DNA of 63,406 nucleotides, the filler included. It is 13 parts of 13 records of this genome, joined end to end, with 100 filler letters (N's around TTAATTAATTAA, not from the genome) between each part and the next. Parts side by side here need not be neighbours in the genome. Positions count along the whole stretch, not along the records: positions 47,861 to 53,239 come from SRR7504441_24202; positions 53,340 to 57,723 come from SRR7504441_24207; positions 57,824 to 63,406 come from SRR7504441_24211; 10 more parts are not named here. One strand, given 5' to 3'. Below are positions 47,861 through 58,142 of this stretch, piece after piece. The stretch's first letter is position 1; every line of letters begins with the position of its first letter. A model generated the notes under the pieces. That model ran no database searches. It worked only from the letters and a program-made list of their open reading frames with translations, and had not been told where the DNA came from. The position numbers and the translations under genes are program-made.

Positions 47861-49617
47861 CCTGGCAGTATCGGCTCAACTGCAGCCTTCATCCGTCACA
47901 CCCCAGTGGTGTGATCGCCCTCGGTGGCCGAGTCGTCCGGCTCATTGTCGTTGTAACTGTCGTTGTATGTACAGCTCAACCCAAAGTCGCCTACCGCAAA
48001 CAGTTAATTATTTGTTGGCAACATCAAGCAGTCTGCCTCTGACCTATTTTTAATTGCCCCTGGGCAAAGAACACATTGCCCGGCTTAAGATCCCTGCCCC
48101 CGCATCCGCCATCCCCATCCCCCCCGGTCGCCTATGGATGAGTCCCCGGGAATGAATGTGGCTTAGCCCTCGAGCCAGCTGGCCCAGAAAACCTCGCACC
48201 TGCGCCATCTCAGAGCAACGGCCCGGCGATCAGGCGAGCCGTGGGCAAGTCGGCCTTGGGGCTGTCCGCTCGCCGGCTGATCCAATCGGCGAGTGTGCTC
48301 TCCTCGCACCTGCCGATAACCCCGTCGCGATGACAATATTTCAACCGCCGTACAGCTGCATCTGAATGAAAAGGCAGCCAATCGTAGCCGGCCGTGTAGC
48401 CCACTGTTCCTGCCGTTATTCCCAAATTAGAAACATCTCAATATTCCCTAATTAGGCACCAGCGACAGCTCCGAGCCCGAGAACGAGCCGTCCGACGAGC
48501 CCAGCAGCACTATCGGTGCCACAGAGCTCCCACTGGCCTCGAGCCTCAGCCGGCCGACTCCGGGCAGCCGCACCCGCTGTCTGTTGAAGCTCCGCGCGAG
48601 TGCGATAGAAAGCTCGGTGGGCCACTCTCCACCTGTCACACGCCGTGTTGAGTGTCGTGAGCCCGAGGGAAGGCACCCACGAGCTGTAGTAACGAACGCA
48701 GTTCGGGTGCTCGAGCGCCGCCAGCGCGCGCACCTCGCGCCGGATTAAGTCCACCTGAATCCCAACCGACTCTGCCGTTGGCAGCCTGGTGGGCACCGAG
48801 TCGGCGGCAGTGATCGGAATCATTTTGATTGCGTACATCCCGCCATCCAATCGATGCCTGGACACCCTCCCCCCCCCCTCCGGTGTGGGGGCACCTGGCG
48901 CGATACACTGTGCCAAAACCGCCCCGGCCGATCTCTTCAAACCGTTCAAATTCAAACAAATATCTGCGGGTAACTGTCACGCCGAACCGGGTTACAACAG
49001 CCACCGCGACTCATCGCGACGAAGAGAAAGCTCCTGGCCTGCAAACAGTGAGCGCCAACGGAATTACAACGGACACCGCTGAACGGGACGATGGCGGCGC
49101 TGGGATTTCCGTTGAACGCCGCGTCTGTAAGTCGCTCCAAGTTGGCAAAGTCGAGCCGCCGCGAGTACTCGAGCGCGTCCGGAGTGACCTGCCAACGGCA
49201 ATCCAACGGAATTACAACGGCATTCACCAGGTTGGTGTCGAGCAGGAAGCGCTGGAGCTGCTCCGGAGGGGAGACGCTGCCAGCGGGGGTGGGGCGGCGC
49301 CGGGGCGGCGGGCCCACCTGTTCCGGAGCTGGGCGTTGGACCAGATGAGGTACCTGGGCCCAACGGCTGAGTAACGGCAATTAACGGACTGTCACATGAT
49401 GAACAGCTGCCGGTTCCGGTCGGCCTGTTCCGTTGGGCTGTCCTGCGGGTCCTGCGGGTGGAGCATTTCGCCCAGCTGTGCGCCCGGCGGTCATTTAACG
49501 GACAAAGCAACGGACAGTCGCCTGCGCCACCGAGTCCATGATGGCGGCCCGGCGCGGCTGGCCCAGCAGCGCCGCCAGCATCCGGCCCGCGTCCTCCCCC
49601 GCCGCCCCTGCCGGCAT
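47861..49617 (-). CDS. eIF2-alpha kinase (EIF2AK/HRI-GCN2-like), 3'-truncated
   Basis: Spliced sequence reads SRYLFEFERFEEIGRGGFGTVYRARHRLDGGMYAIK...REVRALAALEHPNCVRYYSSWVE...LFIQMQLCEESTLADWI...IHRDLKPGNVF...KIGDFGLS...HTTG. About 15 micro-introns. Start codon is 49617 or 49649. Confidence 0.88.
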
Positions 49618-50106
49618 CACCCGGCTCTCCGGTCACATTGCCAGCCCATTTCCCCGATGACAGCAAAATTTCCGTTAAGCGCCGTTGAGCTCGGCGGCAC
49701 GCAGCGAAGGCGAAGGCGGTCTAGACGACGATGAGGTGCGGACCGGGCCGGGGGGCGGGGGGAGGAGCCGGGGGGTCAGCGGGGAGCCGGCACCTGCCCG
49801 CTCGTTCTGGCGCGACGTAACCGACACGCCGTACAACGACTCAACTCCCGCCGGGACGGTGGCCCGCCGGCCGCACCGGGCAACCCGACCGGCGGCCCAG
49901 GTGTTCGCCCGCGGTTTCTGGCGGAACGTGCTGTCGCCGTTCATCCAAGGTCCGTTGGAATGTCCGTTACCGTTACTCGGCCCGGGCGCAGGGATCTGCC
50001 TGGGGATCGGCCAGTATGGGGCCAAGATGGTCTTCGACGAGTGGTCGGCCGCACGGGCCGCCCGGTGGCCGTTGGAATGTCCGTTACCGTTGAGCCCCGG
50101 GGGCAG
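48964..50106. repeat. Family of mutually similar CCGTT-repeat micro-introns in two divergent genes
   Basis: Minus-strand introns 49039-49076, 49189-49227, 49354-49395, 49476-49521 (and degenerate 48964-49004), plus plus-strand introns 49950-49991 and 50065-50106. Exact repeats: 18 bp at 49055 and 49203, and 23 bp at 49952 and 50069. Confidence 0.85.
49650..49730. promoter_or_regulatory. Putative bidirectional promoter with two CCGTT (AACGG) motifs
   Basis: About 80-110 bp between the divergent starts. CCGTT occurs at 49672 and 49682. Confidence 0.5.
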
Positions 50107-50219
50107 GCGGGCGCTGGCCAAGGCCGAGGTCAGCTCGGTCAGCTCGGGCGGGCGGTGCGCCCGGGCGGCGGGCCGGGCCGATGGGAGGCAGGTCGGACTC
50201 GGGACCGAGGGAGGCTTGA
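49731..50219 (+). CDS. Small single-TM protein (about 93 aa), Mim1/Tom13-like
   Basis: Introns 49736-49779, 49859-49900, 49950-49991, 50065-50106 and 50155-50191 give MSGEPAPARSFW...GFWRNVLSPFIQGICLGIGQYGAKMVFDEW...REA*. Confidence 0.6.
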
Positions 50220-50556
50220 GCCGGGAGGTAGGCCGGGCCGGCTAGGCTCAATACACCAGCCTGTTGGCTGCTCAACGTGCGCTGCGTCGGCGCGTGCTGG
50301 CGGTTTTTGCCGTTTGCGCGAGGCTTTAATTAATCGCCGTTCGCCTGATTTTGTTCGTCTGTTGATCCTTTTAGAAGCCCCGTAGCGTATGCGCGCCCCC
50401 GGATTCGTACCGGGCATTGACATGCGCCGAGCTACATGCGGCTGTACAATACTTTATCTATCTAGTAACATCATGTCTGATCAACTTTGAACGTTGTTGT
50501 AGCTCACATTGAACTGCAAGGTCCGTTGGCGATCTCACCACCCACCGGGCGGTACG

Positions 50557-53076
50557 ATGGATCGTCTGCCTGAGCCGTTGCTCTCGGACTGGATCGCGGC
50601 CCGGCTGGTCACCGCCCCGCGCAGCCTGGCCGACGCCGCCCTGGCCAGCCGCCGGCTCCGCGCCGCAGTCACCGCCGCGCGAGCCGACCTGTCGGCCGTG
50701 CTTTGCCCCCAGCTCCAGTGCGACGACTGCACCGGGCCGGCCGCAGGGCGCTGCCTGGTCCAGCTGTGCTGCGCCGGGTGCGAGCAGGGCGGCATGGTTC
50801 GGTTGTGCGGGTGGACGATACCCTACCGCCGCTGGAGGCGAGTGCCCGGTAGGGATCGGCCAGTTGCGATCCTCGCCGAGGTGAGCATCCGCCCCGAGGA
50901 GCGGGCAGAGACGGCGCTCCGCCTGATATCAGCCCGTGCCCCGGTAGGGTACCATTCCACGGACTGCCTGCCCGAGCCATGGTGCGATTACGACCAGCTC
51001 CCTCAAGTGACCGCTCTGATGATGGCGGCGTACAGTGGCTACACAGACATCGTCCAGGCGTTGGCAGCCGTCACGGCCCCCAAGGCCGCTCTAGAGCTCG
51101 GGGCCGGCCAATGCGGGACAGCACTCGGGATAGCGGCGAACGAGGGCCACGCGGGTGCCGTCCAGGCGCTGGCGCAGGCTCGGGCGGGTCTTGACGCCAC
51201 GGACGCCGACGGGGTCACCCCATTGATCGCTGCTGCTTCTTCTCCCCCTCCATGCGGCGGTCATCTTCGTGCGATCGAGGTACTGATCGAGGCTGGTGCC
51301 GGGTTGGACCTGCAGGACGCGTGCGGGGAGTCGGCCCTCGCTACTGCGGCCACGGCGGGGAGGGTAGATATGGTGCGAGCACTGGCCAGCGCAGGGGCAG
51401 CGCTAGACCTTAGGAATAATTCCGAGGATTCTGTGGAATACGGATTCACCGCGCTGATGTCTGCCGCCCGAAGCGGCCAGGCCGCGGTTGTGAGGGAACT
51501 GGCGGCTGCCAATGCGGACCTGGACCTGCAGAGTTGGGTTAGAGCCGGCGAGCCGGGTGACACGGCGTTGATGATAGCTGCGTACAATTCCGGGCTTGTT
51601 GATTCAGGTGCCACAGTGTACATCTCCGGGCTTGTTGAAAATGCTCTGGCGGTGGCCACAGCGCTGGTTGATTCAGGCGCGGCGCTGGATGTTCGAAATA
51701 GCGTGAGTGGCCAGACGGCATTGCTGCTGGCAGCGTCGGGGGGTCGAATGAACGAGGACAGAAGAGCGCTGATTGATCTGCTTGTGGATTCGGGAGCAGA
51801 TCTGGACCTTCAGGACAACGACGGGCAGTCGGCACTGGTGGCTGCCACAGCGAGGGGGCACAGCGAGGTGGCTCACCGATTGGTCCGAGCGGGCGCCGAC
51901 CCCAATCTCCGAGGGCAGAGGGGTATATCCGCTCTCATGAACACAGCTCAACGAGGAGACGCTGGGTTGGTAACTGCTTTGATAACCGCAGGAGCCGACA
52001 TGAATCTTCAGAGCCAAGATGGGAACACGGCGCTGCTTTTTGCCACCACCCTCGGGCACACCGAGGCCGCCGAGCGCCTGATTGCGGCTGGGGCTGAGCT
52101 CGAGAGAACGAATGGGATGGGTAGGCGGGCACTCCACAACGCGGCTAGGCGGGGAGCAGCGCCGATTGCTGAGGCGCTAATCAAGGCAAACGCTGGGCTC
52201 AACGGACGAGCGGAGGACGGCGAGACGGCGCTGATCTATGCAGCCCAGGAGGGGCACTGCGGGATTGTAGAGGCGTTGGTCGGGGCGAGCGCGGCGCTGG
52301 AATTGAAAGACCACCGGGAGAGAACAGCGCTAGCCTGGGCTGTACGCAACTGCCGGTTGTTGGCGGTAAAAGCGCTGGTGGCCGCCGGTGCCGCGCTGGA
52401 TGTGCGGATTTCGAGTCAGTTGGTTGATGCGAGAGATGAGAAGATTACAATGCTGATGTTTGCTTCATTTCAGGGCCACCACAAGATAGTGGAGTGGTTG
52501 GTGTCTGCCAGTGCTGCGTTGGATGAACTGAGTTCGCACGGCTCCGCGCTCACGCTGGCAACACGTGAGGGCCATGTAGGCGTGGTTCAGACGCTGGTGG
52601 ATGCCAGGGCTGCGTTGGACCTGCAGGATGAGTTGGGCAACACCGCACTGACGGTGGCAGCTGAATCGGGCCGGGTCCAGATGGCAACGGTGCTGATCGA
52701 GGCGGGGGCGTGCCTGGACCGCCAGGACGAAGAGCTGGGCTGGAGTGCGCTGATGAAGGCAGCTGTTTTGGGCCGGATCGAGATGGCCACAGCGTTGATT
52801 GGAGGCAGGGCAGGGCTCGACCTGAAGAGTCACGAAGGCTTCACTGCGCTGATACTTGCAGCTCGTGCCAACCGCATGGAGATGGTAAGGGTGCTGGTAG
52901 AAGCTGGGGCTGGGCTGGACCTCCAGGACGAAAGGGGGCAGACAGCACTGATCTGGGCAGCAAGGAACGGTCACAGTGCGATGGTGGAGGCGCTTATTGA
53001 TGCGGGTGCGGGTCTAGACGTTCGAGATCGGAATGGAGAAAACTATTTGATGGTAGACAGTCCCATCTGGTTCTAG
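50557..53076 (+). CDS. F-box-like N-terminus + long ankyrin-repeat protein
   Basis: MDRLPEPLLSDWIAARL...LADAALASRRLR, then roughly 20 repeats of the GxTALxxAAxxGHxxxVxxLxxAGAxLDLQD type. Intronless. Confidence 0.9.
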   Translation: MDRLPEPLLSDWIAARLVTAPRSLADAALASRRLRAAVTAARADLSAVLCPQLQCDDCTGPAAGRCLVQLCCAGCEQGGMVRLCGWTIPYRRWRRVPGRDRPVAILAEVSIRPEERAETALRLISARAPVGYHSTDCLPEPWCDYDQLPQVTALMMAAYSGYTDIVQALAAVTAPKAALELGAGQCGTALGIAANEGHAGAVQALAQARAGLDATDADGVTPLIAAASSPPPCGGHLRAIEVLIEAGAGLDLQDACGESALATAATAGRVDMVRALASAGAALDLRNNSEDSVEYGFTALMSAARSGQAAVVRELAAANADLDLQSWVRAGEPGDTALMIAAYNSGLVDSGATVYISGLVENALAVATALVDSGAALDVRNSVSGQTALLLAASGGRMNEDRRALIDLLVDSGADLDLQDNDGQSALVAATARGHSEVAHRLVRAGADPNLRGQRGISALMNTAQRGDAGLVTALITAGADMNLQSQDGNTALLFATTLGHTEAAERLIAAGAELERTNGMGRRALHNAARRGAAPIAEALIKANAGLNGRAEDGETALIYAAQEGHCGIVEALVGASAALELKDHRERTALAWAVRNCRLLAVKALVAAGAALDVRISSQLVDARDEKITMLMFASFQGHHKIVEWLVSASAALDELSSHGSALTLATREGHVGVVQTLVDARAALDLQDELGNTALTVAAESGRVQMATVLIEAGACLDRQDEELGWSALMKAAVLGRIEMATALIGGRAGLDLKSHEGFTALILAARANRMEMVRVLVEAGAGLDLQDERGQTALIWAARNGHSAMVEALIDAGAGLDVRDRNGENYLMVDSPIWF

Positions 53077-53339
53077 GTGACTGAATCGTGGGTTTATCGT
53101 CGGGTTTGACCCGTGCGACCGTTGAGTAAATTGATTGTGGTTAACGCGAACAATGCCGGCCAGTTGTGCACAACCGCGTGATCTAACTAAGTCTTTAGAT
53201 GGCACACCGGGTCGTAACCTGCGTCTCTCTGATTGCGTCNNNNNNNNNNNNNNNNNNNNNNNNNNNNNNNNNNNNNNNNNNNNTTAATTAATTAANNNNN
53301 NNNNNNNNNNNNNNNNNNNNNNNNNNNNNNNNNNNNNNN

Positions 53340-54320
53340 GCTGGCGGGGCTGGCGCGTCGGCTGGCTGATGGCGATCCTGTATGGTTTGTGGGCAACGAG
53401 GCGCAGGGCGTGCACTCGGCCCGCGGCTGGCTCGAACAGTTCGCCATGCTCGAGCCGACGCAATACACGGACAAAGGTGCGCCGGCGCTCAGGGGGGGGG
53501 GGTGAGCTCCGGCAGGTGTGACAGTGCTTCAAGGGCGGCTGCGTGTGCAGGGGCCGTCGGTTGGGCTTGATAGCTTTGAGGAGGCCGGATGCCTCGAGCT
53601 ACCGTGCGGCCGGCAGATCGAGCCGTGGTGCACGCTGCCCGGGCTGTTCAACGCAGGTGCGGCGGCTTGTGGCCGGCGCCGGCCAGCCCGGGCAGGCAAG
53701 CTGGACGGAATGAGCGCCATGCTGCTCGGTCAGCTCACAGGGCTGGCGGATCGGGCCCGAGTGCTTGACTTTGCTTGCGGCTCCGGGGCGATCTCGGCCG
53801 GACTGCTGACGGCGCATCCGGGGCTCCAGCTTCACATGCTCGACGCCGGTGCGGATGGTGGCCTGCTGGGTGTGAGGTCGGGTCAGATGCGGCTGCTGTG
53901 CACGTGGCGGCTAGGAACGTGCCCGGGGCAGTGGAGTGCCAGCTGTCCGACTGCTGGGCAAGCCCACCGGACTGCAAGTTTGATCATATTGTTAGCAACC
54001 CGCCGGTGTGCTGCTGGCTGGCCTGCGGGGGTGAGGCGGGGCAGGTGCATTGCGGGACTGCGTCGGACTTGACTGTGCTGAGTAAGCTGGTGCTGGGCGC
54101 CGGGCGGATGCTCGCTGGACGAGGGCAGCTCTGGATTGTGGCCCAAGTGTACGTGCCTGTCGGACTGATGATAGCCAACGCGAGCGATCTGGAGCCAGCT
54201 GAGGCCGTGATCGACGATGGACAGTTCGTGGTGTGGCGGGCTAGTAAGAGAAAGAAGAAGGAGGCCAAGGGGGATAAACGAGCAAAGAAGCAAAGCTCCT
54301 CCAAACGAAAGCGAGAGTAG
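53340..54320 (+). CDS. RsmC-like (MTS family) SAM-dependent methyltransferase, 5'-truncated, with introns
   Basis: WFVGNEAQGVHSA, TLPGLF..GKLDGMSAMLL, RVLDFACGSGAI, FDHIVSNPPVHCG and GQLWIVA, followed by a Lys-rich tail. Confidence 0.78.
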
Positions 54321-54458
54321 CGTAAGAGTAGCGTACATAGCTAGTAAACTAGCTAGTAATGGATAGTACGTACTATTATAGAGACATTACTCTACATTAC
54401 TCGACTGGTAATCGACGTAGAATGTTGATTATTTTCGATTTACAAATGCCACTAGGTG

Positions 54459-57400
54459 CTAGCTACAACTAAACCCTCCGACTTTCGCCTTAAGATTGGA
54501 CGCTAAGAGTGTGGGGTCTATCTCAAACACCAAGTTGTGACCGCCTGCTCCGCACAAAATGTTGCGAGGGCGTTGTTCCGCTCCGCTCGCCCTGAGCAGA
54601 GACTCTTCGATCAGAACAATCGTATCCGACTGGTGCCGCAGCCCAACTGGGCCTAAGGTACCCGGTTCGAAACCAAACATTTCGACGAGACCCCGAGGAG
54701 TTGGCATTGACAAGCAAGACCTTCGCACTCCGATCAGTTGGGCCAGACTGGCCATGTCAAGACGGTCTGAAGCGCCCAAAACACACACCAATAATCTTGC
54801 AGACAGGGCATCGTTGTCCCGCAGCTCTAGCCCTATTGATTTGACAAGGTGGCAGCTCTTGAGATCCGCCTCATGCACCGGAAAAACGGGCACTGATTCC
54901 CCAAAGATCTCGTCCAATGCACTTCGCACATCGTCAGGCAGCAATGTTGGTACCGAAGCGTCGCTCAGATCCTTTTCAAAATGCCTCTTTGAGCAGATCG
55001 GTGCAGCATTTATCGAGTGGCCAAAGTTCAGGTGGCATTCAGCCGCCGGTAACCCCCATTGCGACTGAAGTGCAGACGACAACACATCAAAAATGTAAAG
55101 GAGGACACGTGCATCGAGTGCAGCATAGATCTTCTGGCCCTCAGACAGCGGTCTGGTCTGCCAATCGCTGCATTGGAAGGTCTTGTCCAAGGAGCGCCCC
55201 AGGCAGGTTTGAGCGAGCAACGACAAGCTACCATGAGATTCTGACGGCAAAACTAGATCTGACAGGCTAGCTAAGTCTATGGCGGAATGTGCCAAGTTCT
55301 CTGTGGCTGAGGCTCGCCAGTTCAATGTGTTTGCCAGTCTGCAAAGATCGCCGTCCAGTGCAAACCCAAGACAAATCACCTGTAACGGCGTGCACAGCAG
55401 CAATCGCAACAGAGTCCCTAGCAGCGGGATCGCGTCATCATCCCGTCGAAGGCTCTGGATATCGAGTATGATATTGTACTCCGCGAAAGCAAGCTGGAGC
55501 AGACTCACCGGTGCGTCGGCTACTGCAGGCTGCCATTCGCAGTCAAGCCCGACAGGTGTCGGATTCTGGGATTCTGCTGTCACTGTTTGTAACGTGGATA
55601 ATGCCGATTTCAACATGCTCACTGAGTCTACCAGCACTACATTTGCCTCCAAGGACAGTGAGCACGGCTGAGGGACGATGCGCAAGCTGAGCTCCAAGCG
55701 CTGAACAAGCTTGCGTGCCACTTTGGGCCTGCCCGAGCTGAGGCTGTGCATCACAGCTGACACCTGCCAAGGAAATGCACAGGCAGCTTCGCCCTCAGCC
55801 TCTTGGCTTACTCTGCCCTGCAACACGGCTGATAATCGCTCAACAGCTGAGGTAGACCCATCGTCGAGCAACGTCGCAACAAGTTGTTTGGCCTCGTGGC
55901 CAGTCAGCGTGTGTGCTGGGAATAGCTCCAGCAGCTCGGGAACCACCTCGCTGCATTCGCTCCGCAGCCGCTCGATGTAAGCGCTCAGAGCCGCTGGTGC
56001 GATCGACTGACCAGAGAATCGCAACACCTTTGCTGCCTTAATCAACAGCCTGGGGCACAGCTCGACGTGCCCGTTGATCGCGCAAAGGAAGAACTCGACT
56101 CCAGTGCGAGGGCAGGTCTGCAGGACGGCTCCTTTCGAGTACGCATCCACTATGAGATGGCCGAGCATCTTCTGGTGATGCACAGGCTTTTCTGCGAGCG
56201 TCTGCAGCGCCTCGACGACAAGCTCGGGCGGCACACTCGATTGAAAATAGTGATTCGCCAAGTCTGCGACGGCGTGCTTTCCTGGCTCGGCAGTATTTAA
56301 CCGTATTCTGCACCGGACCTTTCTGCTGGATGGCACTCGCAGAGTGACTCTGATCGCAAACTTTGCCCCAGCCCGGGATTCCGAGTAAACTTCACTGAGC
56401 ATACCAACCAGACCGGCCCCGGTCTGAGGCAGCTCTGAGGGCCACTCACGGTCCGAAACCTGAGCAGCACGCAGGTGCAGGTCTGGTCGGAGCGGCAGCG
56501 GCTGGTCTGTGATGCCAGCCTCGAGGATGGCGCGGCTCAGGAACCTAGAGTCCACGTCAGTGCCAGCCACCGTCTCTGCAGGGTCCCAGTCAGGAGGGAG
56601 CACGAACCCTCTCGAGGCCTCCACCCACGCCTGGCTGTCCGCATCCCAGCACAGCTCGGCCAGCATCACAGCGGAGTCCTGGCTGCTGCGCCGGCCGCAC
56701 TGCTTCCGAGAGCTGTTGTACGTGGCCACTGCTTGGATCATCTCCACCCCAGACAGCACCGGTAACGGCAGGATCTCCAATTCGGGCTGGCCCGGGATGA
56801 CATGCGCGCCCGCCTCGCGCGCCACAGCCCTGTAACGGTGTCCGCCCTCCCCTCCAGTAGCTGGCTCGGCTACCAGAGCCTCAGCCTCGACACTCGAGAC
56901 CGGTGAGAGCCAGAAAAGCTTCGAAAGCAACGCCCACCGCCGCTCGGGCATTGCGGCCAGCTGGCCGGGGTCAGTAGTCCACCAGCCGGCCAGCGCAGTC
57001 GGGCTGACGCCAGGTATGGCAGGTTTGGTCCATCTGCAGCCGTTTTTAGAGGCCTCGAGAGGGTAGCACAGCCGGCCCCGGAAGAGAACCTCAGACTCGA
57101 TCCGGTGCTCGTACCCGAGCTTACGGAGCCAGTCGGCCACCGCCGGCGCCTGGCACAGCCCTAGCTTGCGCCGGGTCTCGGCCACGCGCCATGCGAGGTT
57201 CTCGTGCAGCTGAGGGCCCACTAGCCCAGCCAGGCCGGCCCCAGACGCCTGAGGCCCGGTCCAGCAGAAGTACTTGGCAGAGCACTCCAGGTGCACCGTC
57301 CGCTCCCGGGCCGGGTCGGCGAACACAAACTTGAGCTGGCCAGCCACGTTCCGCTGCTTGTCGCCGGACCGGACTTGCAGCCCGCTCTCCAGCCGCCGGG

Positions 57401-57723
57401 CTGGGCAGCCAGGGAGTCGGCTCAGCCCGAACCCAACCAGGGCCGCGAAGTAGAATCCAAGCATCGGAAGCTTCCGGCTGCCCTTCTGGCCGTTGGCCGC
57501 CAGCCAGTCGAGCAGCTCGGTCGGGTCCTCGTCCAGCGCGGCCAGCCCGGCCGCCGGGATGGCCAGCCAGCCGTCCGGGGTGCACGGGAGAGCAGGCAGG
57601 GCGTCGGGCTGGAGCAGGTGCGGCGCGCCCAGGCACCACTCCAGGTCCCGCACCACCTTGCAGCGCCACCGCATCCGCTACACAGCCCCATCCGCCAGCC
57701 CCAGCAACTGGAGCCCTGGCCGC
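54459..57723 (-). CDS. DUF1853-like + DEDDy 3'-5' exonuclease + YbaK/tRNA-editing domain fusion (5' end incomplete)
   Basis: DUF1853-like: RDLEWCL, LGFYF, HLECSAKYF, GPQLHENL, RGRLCYP, RGFVLPPDW. Exonuclease: VGLDCEW, LLQLA, QCSDWQTRPLS..QKIYAALDA. YbaK: LVKSI, GFEPGTLGPVG, ILCGAG. Confidence 0.82.
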
Positions 57724-58142
57724 NNNNNNNNNNNNNNNNNNNNNNNNNNNNNNNNNNNNNNNNNNNNTTAATTAATTAANNNNNNNNNNNNNNNNNNNNN
57801 NNNNNNNNNNNNNNNNNNNNNNNGAACTTTACGACGAATAAATTTTAATACGAGTATGGCACTACGCTAACTATAATACTTACTATGTTTCGGACTTGCA
57901 TCACCAATCTCTACGAGTTGTGAATGAAGTGATTGGTACGGAACTGAATATAAAACAGTTACATGTAACCGAGAGTGAGATGATTGATGAGATCGTGACG
58001 AGTCAGACTGTCAATGTAGCAAGAGTCAGGAAAGAGCGTCACTCTGCGAAATAAGTTCAGCATCTCTGCAACATTAACAGAGCTTTGGCGATGTCTAGGA
58101 AGAGATCGGTTGTACACTCCAAGTACACTCAAAGATCGGTTG

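Noticed and set aside
43940-49617. Apparent stress-response cluster of eIF2B-epsilon near an eIF2-alpha kinase
   Set aside because: The genes lie on different contigs separated by the spacer at 47761-47860, so the adjacency is uninformative.
49615-49649. Possible uORFs (MGWQCDRRAG* and ATG-TGA) upstream of the kinase
   Set aside because: A 29-nt GT-AG intron would equally join ATG 49649 in frame to the CDS. This cannot be resolved without transcripts.
49675-50121. Minus-strand ORF with NGNGHSNG repeats, and the idea that a kinase 5' leader pairs with its own introns
   Set aside because: It starts at TTG and is better explained as the antisense shadow of the plus-strand spliced gene, whose introns contain the CCGTT repeats.
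4805-57823. Recurrent TTAATTAATTAA flanked by N runs, resembling a repeat array
   Set aside because: Artificial six-frame-stop linker used to concatenate contigs.
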